This document shows, piece by piece, positions 30,401 through 38,997 of a stretch of DNA of 60,850 bases; positions within the stretch are counted from its first letter, which is position 1, and each line of letters starts with the position of its first letter. The stretch lies in NCBI GenBank assembly GCA_049318585.1, contig JBMOGB010000001.1, forward strand, positions 1 to 60,850. Reading direction: 5' to 3'. A program made the translations under genes and the position numbers. The DNA comes from Bacteroidia bacterium (GTDB taxonomy: Bacteria > Bacteroidota > Bacteroidia > UKL13-3). The notes under the pieces are model-generated. The model worked only from the letters and a program-made list of their open reading frames with translations. It was not told the origin of the DNA and made no database searches.

Positions 30401-32244
30401 CTTTACTTGGAACAATTAGAAGTTGGGCAACGCATGCCGCTGGAGTTGTAATTGGTAAATATGAATTACCAGGTTTAGTACCGTTAAGATTAGATGATAG
30501 TGGGGTTGTTGTTCTTGAATGGGAGAAAGAAAGAACAGAAGAAAATGGATTGGTAAAGATCGACTTTCTTGGTCTTGAAACTTTGAATATAATCAAAACT
30601 ACAAACCAAATAATCTATGATATTAATAGCATAGAAGCTCCAAAAGAAATAGATTTTGATCTTGAATATAAAGAAGTATATGATTTAATTACAAATGGAA
30701 AAACTCTAGGGGTATTCCAGCTTGGGGCTTCTGGCGGAACAATTGGGCTTTGCAATATGACAGAACCAAAAAATATAGAAGATATTGCTGTTATTAACGC
30801 TTTAACAAGACCTGGAGTTCCAAATGATATTAAAATGTCATACATAGATAGAAAATTTGGAAGAGAGAAAGTAGTAATACCGCATTCAAATCTTGAAAGA
30901 GCGGTAAAAGCAACATTGGGTTATTGCATTTTTGAAGAATCATTCATGTTTTTAGCGCATGATTTTTGCGGATGGGACTTGCAAAAATCTGATAAAATGA
31001 GGAAAATATCTAAATTAAAAGCAAAAGGAAAACAAATTTTAAAGGAGCTTGAGGAAGAATTTGGAACTAGTGCTGTTAATCATTCTCATGTTAAGCCGGA
31101 ATTTGCTAAAAAAATATGGGACGAATGGGTTATTCCACTTTCTGGATATGCTTTTAATAAATCACATTCTTTATTATATTCAATGACTTCATTGCATACT
31201 GCTTATTTAAAAGCTTATTATAATAATGAATTTTTAACGGCTAATTTAATTTCAGAATCTAAAAGCAATTCTCCAACTGCTAAAGATAATATATTAAAAA
31301 TTCGTCATGAACTTAGGAAATGTGGAGTTAAAATATATTCTCCAGATATTAATAAATCATATGATACATATAGGCTTATAAACAAAAATTCTTTAATTAC
31401 TGGAATTTCTTCTTTGCATGGAATAAAGTCTCCTCCAGCAGAGAATATAATGCTTAATAGACCGTTTAGTAGCTTTGAAGATTTTCTTATTAGAACAGAT
31501 AGTTCAAAAGTAAGATCTCCAGTAATTCAAGCACTTGCCGCTTGTGGCGCTTTGGATAGTTTTAATTTACCAAGAAAGACAATGTATTTGTATTGTAGCG
31601 ATTTAAGATCAAAATATAAAGCATGGAATATAAAAAATCCAGGGAAGAAATTTGAATATACATTACCAAAAGATGAATGGAATATTGGAGAAATGAGAGC
31701 AATGGAAGTTCATTATCTTGGCGAAGCATTTTCTGGAACAAAACAAGATTCATTTCCGAAGTTATTTTCTGGACATAATGCTGTATCAAGCATAAAAGAT
31801 TTAACAAGCAAACCAGAAAAAACGCAAGTAGTAATTGAAGGTGAAGTAATAGATATGTTTACTTTCAAGGTAAAAAAACAAGATAGCAAAATATTTGGGC
31901 AAGAATGTTGCAAAATATTAATTGAAGACCTTAGTGGTCATCAAATTAGTATGGTATTTTTCCCTGATAGCTTTAGAAAGTTTCAACATTTATTTGATGA
32001 TACTTTGGGCAACAGTAAATTTGAAAAAGGATTTGGAATAAGAGTGTCTGGACAAACAAGTAAATTTGGGAATGAAACATCCATTATAGGATCTGATATA
32101 TACGGGCTATTTGCGCCTATAGATAAGCCATCAGATTTAGACCCTAAAAAAATCGAGCTTTCAATTACAAGGAATAAAAAAGTAAAAGAAATTACAAATG
32201 AAGACATTATTGATGAATTATCATTAATAATATCTTCTAATTAG
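27451..32244 (+). CDS. dnaE: DNA polymerase III alpha subunit, intein-containing
   Basis: PHP LHNHT.FS, GPGRG/SVGGS, FERFLN, PDIDNDF, HAAG, KIDFLGL, GVFQL, YAFNKSHS, C-terminal OB fold; ATG 27451 after GGAG. Confidence 0.97.
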   Translation: MSRYISLHNHTIFSIMNSIIKPSDLFKRAAELEMPAVGITDNFTMAGIYDSYKAYKSTKVKLIAGCQFNFVDTTKPYLDYNQDNKLSKPKEKLKNIVLIAKNDIGYKNILLLNRKSFDCKFGKMPLIDWNNLQEYSEGVICLTGDACGILGTNISSGNIDKARQDASKLKEIFSDNLGLEFVPNNLKYNECDQFATNRNLLKISQDLSIKPVAASNAMYLYKEQHKVHDLLLAIKNGRSLSDSSRPRFEFEQLYLHTDQEIIKFFSRNFGEEFANILCDNSLYFAGMCEKPNWVKPEVVTGDKAQLPTFPIKDSDDYDQFNNWLPNIDDNIKNLDTDQLYMRFKCEKNWAKYVPQDKNDIYKKRLSDELSVFESLGFSSYMLITADFIEWARNNNIPVGPGRGCLTKDTLVLTENGFKNLDEINIGDKVYSHSGKIQNVINKFEFNIEDEKLLKLKIENSFGDIVLTKDHKIYGCKKIIEKVEKDYNYGNKIIHEKHDKIKFTDPTWIKAKDLNIGDYIYSAFPERNAYKYDYIFDLANFCNEKDVVGDKIIIRNKIVNEFSIRDVSRKTNISFEIVRKIKNNIIVNKKYVEEVTAYLLSNNLSLDNWINIPKYNITYINRFIPLDNDFLYLLGLWIGDGCIRYKQKNGINYSFNINEEDSINAVYSFYNKLGFNLTKRTNGVNGCCFDIGTTILSNLFKHIFPFYKNESKTKHLPSFFRKLNDDQLLCLVKGIIDSDGHVDGNNESIKTISYQLAKELKEVFNKLHIVCGILVSKAETLHGRNNSKCYQVRFSGINTPLKIKSIFGNGYYSKIIDIKECNDNKVYDITVENDNSYLTSSGVVHNSVGGSLIGYLLGIHRADPIKYGLIFERFLNMEKKAYPDIDNDFDSEGREKVLDYVTNKYGKDYVAHVSNFITFTPKVAITDIITSLEIGGSRKDAFRIAKNITETIDAGSKNLKDAINSSKLLAEFVKEHPEIIEYGEPLLGTIRSWATHAAGVVIGKYELPGLVPLRLDDSGVVVLEWEKERTEENGLVKIDFLGLETLNIIKTTNQIIYDINSIEAPKEIDFDLEYKEVYDLITNGKTLGVFQLGASGGTIGLCNMTEPKNIEDIAVINALTRPGVPNDIKMSYIDRKFGREKVVIPHSNLERAVKATLGYCIFEESFMFLAHDFCGWDLQKSDKMRKISKLKAKGKQILKELEEEFGTSAVNHSHVKPEFAKKIWDEWVIPLSGYAFNKSHSLLYSMTSLHTAYLKAYYNNEFLTANLISESKSNSPTAKDNILKIRHELRKCGVKIYSPDINKSYDTYRLINKNSLITGISSLHGIKSPPAENIMLNRPFSSFEDFLIRTDSSKVRSPVIQALAACGALDSFNLPRKTMYLYCSDLRSKYKAWNIKNPGKKFEYTLPKDEWNIGEMRAMEVHYLGEAFSGTKQDSFPKLFSGHNAVSSIKDLTSKPEKTQVVIEGEVIDMFTFKVKKQDSKIFGQECCKILIEDLSGHQISMVFFPDSFRKFQHLFDDTLGNSKFEKGFGIRVSGQTSKFGNETSIIGSDIYGLFAPIDKPSDLDPKKIELSITRNKKVKEITNEDIIDELSLIISSN
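28660..29985 (+). mobile_element. Intein (442 aa) with LAGLIDADG homing endonuclease
   Basis: Starts CLTKDTLV after PGRG; block B LTKDHKI; LLGLWIGDG and VKGIIDSDG; ends VYDITVE...VVHN followed by Ser. Confidence 0.95.
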
Positions 32245-32281
32245 AGTTATATATATAATATATTATTTCAAAGGAGGAAAT

Positions 32282-32962
32282 ATGAATTGTCAAGAATGTG
32301 GAGCACATATACCGCCAGAATTTAAATCATGTTTAGTTACAAATACTTGTCCAGCATGTAATGGCAAGATAATGAGTGGAGATTTAAAAGAGCTTATTAA
32401 TTCATTAGCGGAAGTCATGGAACAGATGCCAAATAACCCGCAAGGAATCGCTTGCTGGCTAGTTTCTAGTTATAAAATGGATAAAATAAATAATTATGAT
32501 CCACCAAAGCAACATGTTTCAAAAAAAGTAGCCAATATAAATACCAATGGGACTAATTCTGACAAGCAAAAAGCAGCAGAAGCCTTCTTAGCAAGAGCTG
32601 GCGTTAATATAGAAGACATCCCAGAATATGCGTCAAAGAAAAAACGTGTAGCCCCAGCAGTAGTCAAAAATGATGACTATATGGATGATGAAGATTATAT
32701 GGACAAAGTTCCTTTTGATGAAGGATTTGAAGACATAGACGAAGTTGATAAGATGATGTTATCAGGAAATGGTGATTATATTTCTGAAGATGAAAAAGAT
32801 CAAATTGCCGAAATGGTTCAAAATTCTAAATTTGGCTCAGAAAAAAATCCAACAATCTTAGCCCTAATGGATGCTCAAAAGCAAAGGCGTGAAGATATAA
32901 ACAATGGAGTTAGCGCAACCGACGCAAGGGGCAAATCAGCTGGCTTTAGAAGATCAGGTTAA
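32282..32962 (+). CDS. Zinc-ribbon protein
   Basis: N-terminal CQEC...CPAC; SD AGGAGG. Confidence 0.75.
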   Translation: MNCQECGAHIPPEFKSCLVTNTCPACNGKIMSGDLKELINSLAEVMEQMPNNPQGIACWLVSSYKMDKINNYDPPKQHVSKKVANINTNGTNSDKQKAAEAFLARAGVNIEDIPEYASKKKRVAPAVVKNDDYMDDEDYMDKVPFDEGFEDIDEVDKMMLSGNGDYISEDEKDQIAEMVQNSKFGSEKNPTILALMDAQKQRREDINNGVSATDARGKSAGFRRSG

Positions 32963-32964
32963 AA

Positions 32965-33306
32965 ATGTTTAGAGTAATAGATAATAAAAAAGTAGATATG
33001 ACAAATGAGGAATATAATGATTATATAAGAATTTGTAAATCATATGATAGACCTCACTTCAAAGGCGAAGAATTATTTAAAGATTTATTTGAAACGAATG
33101 AAACTGGTAAAATTATATATATAAAAAGTTTAAATAATAGGCAATTTACTTTTGAAGTAATATTTTTCATCATGAATTTAATGCAAAATCAATGGCTTAG
33201 AGTAATGACAGAAACAGTAGCTGATTTTATGAAAGTTTCATCAAAAAGAATTGATGAAAAAATATTAGAACTTGATAAAATAATTGAAATGAATAAGAAA
33301 CAATAA
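32965..33306 (+). CDS. Hypothetical protein
   Basis: 113-aa co-oriented ORF. Confidence 0.7.
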   Translation: MFRVIDNKKVDMTNEEYNDYIRICKSYDRPHFKGEELFKDLFETNETGKIIYIKSLNNRQFTFEVIFFIMNLMQNQWLRVMTETVADFMKVSSKRIDEKILELDKIIEMNKKQ

Positions 33307-33308
33307 TT

Positions 33309-33345
33309 AAGTCAATCATAACCACACACATACACATACACACAC
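33309..33345 (+). repeat. CA-rich leader (aagtc..ataaccacacacatacacatacacacac), second copy at 18083-18108
   Basis: Read directly; C-rich in an AT-rich background. Confidence 0.7.
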
Positions 33346-33855
33346 ATGGATAAAGAAAATACAGAAAAATTTATGAAAACAATAGACGATTTTGGATTAT
33401 CATCAGTAGACAATGAAAAATTTTCAAATGATTTAAAAGAATTAAATGATATATCAAATTCATTGCCTAAAGATAATGTTTATTCAAGCGAAGATTGTTT
33501 AAGATTAGAACGATTATGCCTACGAGGGATGAATATATGCGATTATTGGACTCCTATTATACATATTGTTCTTTCTGAAAAAGAAGCTGAAAGAGATGCC
33601 ACTAGAGGCAACGCATATATACACGCTGGAAAAGAAGGCTCAAAAATAACTGTTGAAATGAGAAAGGCATTAGCGGACACTAATATTACCTATAATAATA
33701 TAAGAGTTATAACTGAAAAGATAAAAGGAATTAAGTTATTTTTTGATAAAAAAAGAGACACGTTAAAATCTGCAATATTTGTTTTTAGAGATCAAATAGT
33801 TGCATATAAACTATCTGATAAAGGCATTGAAGGCGAAAACATGGAGAATTGGTAA
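33346..33855 (+). CDS. Helical protein, possibly UvsY-like recombination mediator
   Basis: All-helical pattern KITVEMRKALAD; located near the SSB and RecA genes. Confidence 0.4.
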   Translation: MDKENTEKFMKTIDDFGLSSVDNEKFSNDLKELNDISNSLPKDNVYSSEDCLRLERLCLRGMNICDYWTPIIHIVLSEKEAERDATRGNAYIHAGKEGSKITVEMRKALADTNITYNNIRVITEKIKGIKLFFDKKRDTLKSAIFVFRDQIVAYKLSDKGIEGENMENW

Positions 33856-34130
33856 TAATTATGGACAATATAGATAGAGTTAAACCATTTTATAAAGTAA
33901 CAGTAAAAGTAAAGAATAAACATAAAGCCTTTTGGGTAAATGTTTTAGAATTAGCTTCTTCCTTTATTCATCTTAAAGGAGCTGAAATTGAAGAAACCAG
34001 CAATGCTGGGACACTAGAAGAAGCTAAAGCCTTGTTAGAGACAAATAACCAAGTGGAAAAATACTATCCTTGGGACTCGGTAGTTGAAATAGATTTGAAA
34101 AGATTTCTAAAGTCAACACAAACGCAGTAG
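33849..34130 (+). CDS. Hypothetical protein (start may be 33861)
   Basis: Co-oriented ORF. Confidence 0.6.
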   Translation: MVIIMDNIDRVKPFYKVTVKVKNKHKAFWVNVLELASSFIHLKGAEIEETSNAGTLEEAKALLETNNQVEKYYPWDSVVEIDLKRFLKSTQTQ

Positions 34131-34188
34131 AATAGACTACTGATTGTAACTCGATAAGCCAATAACAATCATAATAAAGGAGATTAAA

Positions 34189-34893
34189 ATGGCAAAATAT
34201 GGAGAAGTAGATTGGGATGATAACTTGGCGTCAGATAAAAGAAACAATAAATTTGATAGAGATAAGATGTTGCTTCTACAAGACGGAATGACAGCAGTAA
34301 GAGTTCTTATGGAGAAACCGTTTAGATATTTCTTTCACAAAGTAAAGTTTGAGAATGATGCTAATTCATTCGGAAGAAATGTTAGGTGTTCAACAGATAG
34401 TTGCCCTCTATGTGCGAAAGGAGACCAACAGAAGGTTAAGTATTTAGTTGGAGTAGTTGTCCGTAAAACAAAAGAACTAAAATACTTTGAATTTGGTACT
34501 GGTATTTATAATGGTATCAATACTATTAGAAGTAATATGGAAGGTTTCAGAAATGTTATTGAATACGATTTGAATATTGTGCGTAATTCTAAAGGAACGC
34601 CAGCTAACTTTTATAGTGTTCTTCCTGGAAGAATGAGTCCACTATCAGCAGATGAAGTTGCTATGGCAGAGTCAATTGATAAAGATTGGATGGTAGATTA
34701 TTGTAAACCAATTTCGCCAGAAGAAGTAACGAATACTATGGAACGTATTTCTAGGTGGATTGATAAGAACAATAAGCCAACAGAAGACCAAGATGCCGCT
34801 GCTAGAGCTAAACAAAAGAAGTCACAGAGCGATGACGATGATACAGTATCAATTAATGATACAGCTCTAACATTCAAAGTATTAAAGAAATAG
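34189..34893 (+). CDS. Single-stranded DNA-binding protein, gp32-like
   Basis: VRVL...F..H, C....CPLC zinc site, YDL.I.R...YSV, acidic tail; SD AAGGAG. Confidence 0.65.
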   Translation: MAKYGEVDWDDNLASDKRNNKFDRDKMLLLQDGMTAVRVLMEKPFRYFFHKVKFENDANSFGRNVRCSTDSCPLCAKGDQQKVKYLVGVVVRKTKELKYFEFGTGIYNGINTIRSNMEGFRNVIEYDLNIVRNSKGTPANFYSVLPGRMSPLSADEVAMAESIDKDWMVDYCKPISPEEVTNTMERISRWIDKNNKPTEDQDAAARAKQKKSQSDDDDTVSINDTALTFKVLKK

Positions 34894-34915
34894 TTATATA
34901 ATCCTTAAGAATCAT

Positions 34916-34946
34916 AACAAGGGAGGTTTGCCTCCCTTGTTTACTT
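34916..34946 (+). terminator. Rho-independent terminator-like hairpin
   Basis: aacaagggagg-tttg-cctcccttgtt, perfect 11-bp stem followed by tacttt. Confidence 0.75.
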
Positions 34947-34956
34947 TAAGGAACAC

Positions 34957-35574
34957 ATGCGATTAATTGTTGGGCTTGATATAAGCACATCTACTATTGG
35001 TTGGGCTGGTTTATTTGTTGAGAACAAGCAAATAAAAAATGTAGTATATGGATATTACAAACCATTAAAAAATAAAGATGATAAAATAAATTTTCTGTTA
35101 CAAACAAAAAAAGATATTCTTAACTTAATAAAAAATCTTATTATTAAAGATCAAATTATTGATGATATAAAAATTTGTGTTGAAGATATTTTATTATTTA
35201 CAAAAAATACCACAGCAACAACAGTTACTTCTTTAGCCGCTATAAATAGAGTGTTGTGCGTTTCTTTATATGAAGATTATAACAACGTATCTCTTTTACC
35301 AGTTCAAACAATAAGAGCCAAATTAAGAAGAGTAGTTAATAGTGAAATTACTATATCAAAAGAATTAGTACCAGAAACTGTTGAAAAAATTATAAAAAAA
35401 TATGATAGCAATTGGGCGTTTGAATACCAATTGAATAAAAAAGGCAAGATGATAATAGAAAATTATGATAAAGCTGATGGTATTGCTGTAGCTTTATCAT
35501 TTGCTTATATAAATAATTATTTGGAGGACTCTAATGACAAGAAACGAAGCGGAAAAACTACTAGGACTAAGTAG
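34957..35574 (+). CDS. ruvC: RuvC-like Holliday junction resolvase
   Basis: IVGLDISTSTIGW, CVED, DKADGIAVA RNase H-fold acidic motifs. Confidence 0.75.
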   Translation: MRLIVGLDISTSTIGWAGLFVENKQIKNVVYGYYKPLKNKDDKINFLLQTKKDILNLIKNLIIKDQIIDDIKICVEDILLFTKNTTATTVTSLAAINRVLCVSLYEDYNNVSLLPVQTIRAKLRRVVNSEITISKELVPETVEKIIKKYDSNWAFEYQLNKKGKMIIENYDKADGIAVALSFAYINNYLEDSNDKKRSGKTTRTK

Positions 35575-36565
35575 TGATTATAATGATGAGGCTTTAAAAA
35601 AAGCATTTAAAAAATTGGCATTAGAATATCATCCAGATAGAAATAAAGATCCTGGCGCTGAAAGTAAATTTAAAGAAATAAATCAAGCATTTCAAATTTT
35701 AACTGGTAAAGATAAGCCTGAAGATGAAATGTTGAATAATTATTCAAGCAATGGAGTTATTGAAGATTTATTTTCAGGGTTTGCTGCTAACTTTTTTGGT
35801 GGACACAATGTAAATTTTAGACAAAATAAGCAACATCAAATTATGTTAGAAGATATAGAACTACCAGTAAAAGTATCATTTGAAGAATCTGTTCTTGGAT
35901 GTGTAAAAAAACTACCATATAATTTAAAGCATATATGTGATAAATGTGAGGGGCACAAAATTGATCTTTTAAAAAGAAATACTTGTCCAGATTGCCATGG
36001 TAAAGGAATAACTCATAAAACAATTGGAGGAAATAATTTTTTCAGAGTTGAACAGGCTACTTGTATAAAATGTTTAGGCACTGGTATGTTAGGTGAAAAA
36101 TGTTTACATTGTAATGGAATGGGTTTTTTATCAGAAAATGCAAGTATAAATGTAAAAATACCACCTACTGGAGACAAACGAGTAAGAATCCTTGCAAAAG
36201 AAAAAGGCAATAAATTTAAAAATTTTGCAAGTTCATTGATTATAAATGTAGAACCAACAATTGAAGGGACTGGAAAATATGAAGGCTATTATATAGATGG
36301 TAAACATGTAAAATCTTCAATAAGCGTTGAGCTTGACGTTTTATTGTTTGGCGGAAAATATATTATAGCTACAGTTGATGGAAAAGAATCAGAAATAGTA
36401 ATACCACCAATGACAAAAATTTTAGATGAAATATTTATACAAGATAAAGGAGTTGTTGACAATAAACCTGGTAAACATATAGTTATGATAGATGTAGTAT
36501 ATCCAAATAAAGAAAAAATTGGAGAAGAATTAAAAATTGCATTACAAAATGCTTATAAAGAATAA
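35534..36565 (+). CDS. dnaJ: DnaJ chaperone
   Basis: J domain with HPD, G/F region, four CxxCxG repeats, C-terminal domain. Confidence 0.92.
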   Translation: MTRNEAEKLLGLSSDYNDEALKKAFKKLALEYHPDRNKDPGAESKFKEINQAFQILTGKDKPEDEMLNNYSSNGVIEDLFSGFAANFFGGHNVNFRQNKQHQIMLEDIELPVKVSFEESVLGCVKKLPYNLKHICDKCEGHKIDLLKRNTCPDCHGKGITHKTIGGNNFFRVEQATCIKCLGTGMLGEKCLHCNGMGFLSENASINVKIPPTGDKRVRILAKEKGNKFKNFASSLIINVEPTIEGTGKYEGYYIDGKHVKSSISVELDVLLFGGKYIIATVDGKESEIVIPPMTKILDEIFIQDKGVVDNKPGKHIVMIDVVYPNKEKIGEELKIALQNAYKE

Positions 36566-36566
36566 G

Positions 36567-37493
36567 ATGGATAGCGAAGAATATTATATAAAAAATAAAG
36601 AAAAGAAAAAACAAGATTCAAGAGATTATAATATAAAAAATAAAGAAATTATAAGCGAAAAGAAAAAAAATTATAATATAAAAAATAAAGAAAAAATTTC
36701 TACATATATGAAAGAATATAGAGAAAATAATAAAGAAAAATTAAAAAAAAGCAAAAGCGAATATGGGCAAATAAATAAAAATATAATTTCTTTACATAAT
36801 TTAGAGGCAAGGCATAATAATGTAATAAAATATTTATGTAAAAAAGCTAAGGAAAGAGCTAAATTAAAAAATATTGAATATGATAATAAAATAGAATCTT
36901 TTTTAAAAGATGCTTATCAAGAAAATAATTATTGTAGATGTTTCAATGTATTAATGTTAATTAATCGAGAAAAACATCAAATAAATTCAATAACTATTGA
37001 TAGGGTTGATCCTTCTATTGGATATAGTATAGGTAATGTTCAGCTTATATGCTATAGAGCTAACTCTATAAAAAATTGCGCAAATATAAATGATATTGAA
37101 AAAATAATTAATTTTATGGGAAATTTAAAATATAAAAAAATAGAAAAATATAAAATAACTTCTGAGATTGTAAAATGGGCTAAACTAAAAGTTTCAGATT
37201 TAAAGCGAAGAGCTAAAAATAAAAATCTAAAGTTTGATTTAGATTATGATGATATTATAAATATAATTCCATATAATTTTAAATGTCCAATTTTGGGGTT
37301 TGATTTAAAATTTAGTTCAATAGATAGGATGTTAAGACCCAGCATAGATAGAATTATTCCAGAAGAAGGCTATGTAAAAAATAATATACAATTGATAAGC
37401 TTAAAAGCAAATTCTATAAAAAATAATGCCTCAATTGATGAATTAAAACAAGTTCGTGATTATATGTTGAAATATACAAAAGGAAGAAAATAA
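36567..37493 (+). CDS. HNH-like homing endonuclease with two tandem domains
   Basis: Y..KNKE repeats; ITIDRVDPSIGYSIGN..ANSIK and PSIDRIIPEEGYVKNN..ANSIK; ATG at 36567. Confidence 0.75.
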   Translation: MDSEEYYIKNKEKKKQDSRDYNIKNKEIISEKKKNYNIKNKEKISTYMKEYRENNKEKLKKSKSEYGQINKNIISLHNLEARHNNVIKYLCKKAKERAKLKNIEYDNKIESFLKDAYQENNYCRCFNVLMLINREKHQINSITIDRVDPSIGYSIGNVQLICYRANSIKNCANINDIEKIINFMGNLKYKKIEKYKITSEIVKWAKLKVSDLKRRAKNKNLKFDLDYDDIINIIPYNFKCPILGFDLKFSSIDRMLRPSIDRIIPEEGYVKNNIQLISLKANSIKNNASIDELKQVRDYMLKYTKGRK

Positions 37494-37494
37494 A

Positions 37495-38661
37495 ATGGCT
37501 AGAACTAAAGCGGTAGATGTTACAGCAACAGACATATCAGATTCTCTTCAAATTTTTGATGAGATGGAGAAAAGTTATTCTGCATTTAAATCAAAAAATA
37601 CAGTTATAGATTGTATTGATACTGGGTCACCAGCATTGAATAATGCGATTGGCATTAGCGGATTTCCTAGAGGAAGAATTGTCCAAGTATATGGAACGCA
37701 TGGCTCTGGCAAGTCATTCTTGACCATAAATTGTGTAAAGCAGATGGTAAAAAATGATCCAACTGCAACTTGTATTTGGTTTGATACAGAAAGAAGTTTT
37801 AATTATGTTTGGGCAAAGAAAATGGGTGTTTGGGATGAAGACCCAAAGAAAACAAATATTAGAGTGTTAAAAGGGGCTAGGGGAGTTGAAATCTTTGAAA
37901 AAATTGTTGGGAAAATTAAAAAAGACAAATTTGGTTCAAAGAAAGTTCAAAATGGGATTCTTGATTTTGTAAAAGAAGGTAAAATAAATTGTCCCTTGAT
38001 AGTAATAGATTCATTGGGAGCTATTATATCTCCTAGAGAAGAAGACGCGCCTGTTGGTGGATTTACTGTAGGCGCACTTGCTGGGTTTTTAACTGCAGAA
38101 TTAAAAAGAATGTCAGGAGCTATTGAAGAAGCTAATACATGTCTAGTATGTATTAATCAAGTTAGACAAAGTTTAGATGCAGGAGCATATGATGATCAAT
38201 TCCATTTTCCTGGTGGCGAAAGCTTAAAACATCAAATGAGTTTAAATTTATATGTTGAAAGAAGAACTAGTGCCGATGATGTAATTTGCACTGAAGAAAA
38301 AAATAAAAATACTCTTATCGGACAAAAAGTAAAAATTGTTGTAAAAAAGAATAGATTTGCTCCAACTCCTAGAACTTGTGAAACAACGTTACTATTTACT
38401 GAGGGCGCTGGATATGATTCTATTGGAATTGTTGATGTAGAATTAGAAGTAATTGATATAGCTTCATCTAAAGGTTTAATAACTGGAGGAGGCGCTTGGT
38501 ATAATTTTAATAATGAGAAGTTTCAAGGAAAAAAGAAACTACAAGAGTATCTAAAAGCTAACCCAAAAATTATGGACGACTTAATTTCGTCTGTTAATAC
38601 AGCTTCTAAAACAATAGTTGTTGATGAAGTTGAAGAAATTTTTTCTGACTCGGAGGAATAA
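37495..38661 (+). CDS. recA: RecA recombinase
   Basis: GFPRGRIVQVYGTHGSGKS, VIDSLGA, INQVR, PGGESLKH, VKKNRFAP, GAWY. Confidence 0.95.
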   Translation: MARTKAVDVTATDISDSLQIFDEMEKSYSAFKSKNTVIDCIDTGSPALNNAIGISGFPRGRIVQVYGTHGSGKSFLTINCVKQMVKNDPTATCIWFDTERSFNYVWAKKMGVWDEDPKKTNIRVLKGARGVEIFEKIVGKIKKDKFGSKKVQNGILDFVKEGKINCPLIVIDSLGAIISPREEDAPVGGFTVGALAGFLTAELKRMSGAIEEANTCLVCINQVRQSLDAGAYDDQFHFPGGESLKHQMSLNLYVERRTSADDVICTEEKNKNTLIGQKVKIVVKKNRFAPTPRTCETTLLFTEGAGYDSIGIVDVELEVIDIASSKGLITGGGAWYNFNNEKFQGKKKLQEYLKANPKIMDDLISSVNTASKTIVVDEVEEIFSDSEE

Positions 38662-38997
38662 ATGGCAACATTAACATGTACTAATAGAGGCTGTATGAAA
38701 ACAACAAGCGATTCATTATTTGACCAAACAATAAATGAAATCATTTGTTCTGAATGTGGCAAAACAATTACTGGCATTTCTGATTTTACAAAAAGATCAA
38801 TGATTGGTCTTGGAAAAGTTCAAAAGAAGTTTTCTAAAGTAGCTTTTGTTGTAAATTGTCAGAAATGTCAAAAAACAGCTCAGCCAAAAATAAAAGATGA
38901 TTCTTTTATTTGTTTCTTTTGTTCTGAACCACTTAATTTAACCAAACCATTTGCTAATGCTTTTAAAGAGTATTTGAAAACTAAAGTTAATGAATAA
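38662..38997 (+). CDS. Double zinc-ribbon protein
   Basis: CTNRGC, CSEC, CQKC, CFFC; SD GGAGG. Confidence 0.75.
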   Translation: MATLTCTNRGCMKTTSDSLFDQTINEIICSECGKTITGISDFTKRSMIGLGKVQKKFSKVAFVVNCQKCQKTAQPKIKDDSFICFFCSEPLNLTKPFANAFKEYLKTKVNE

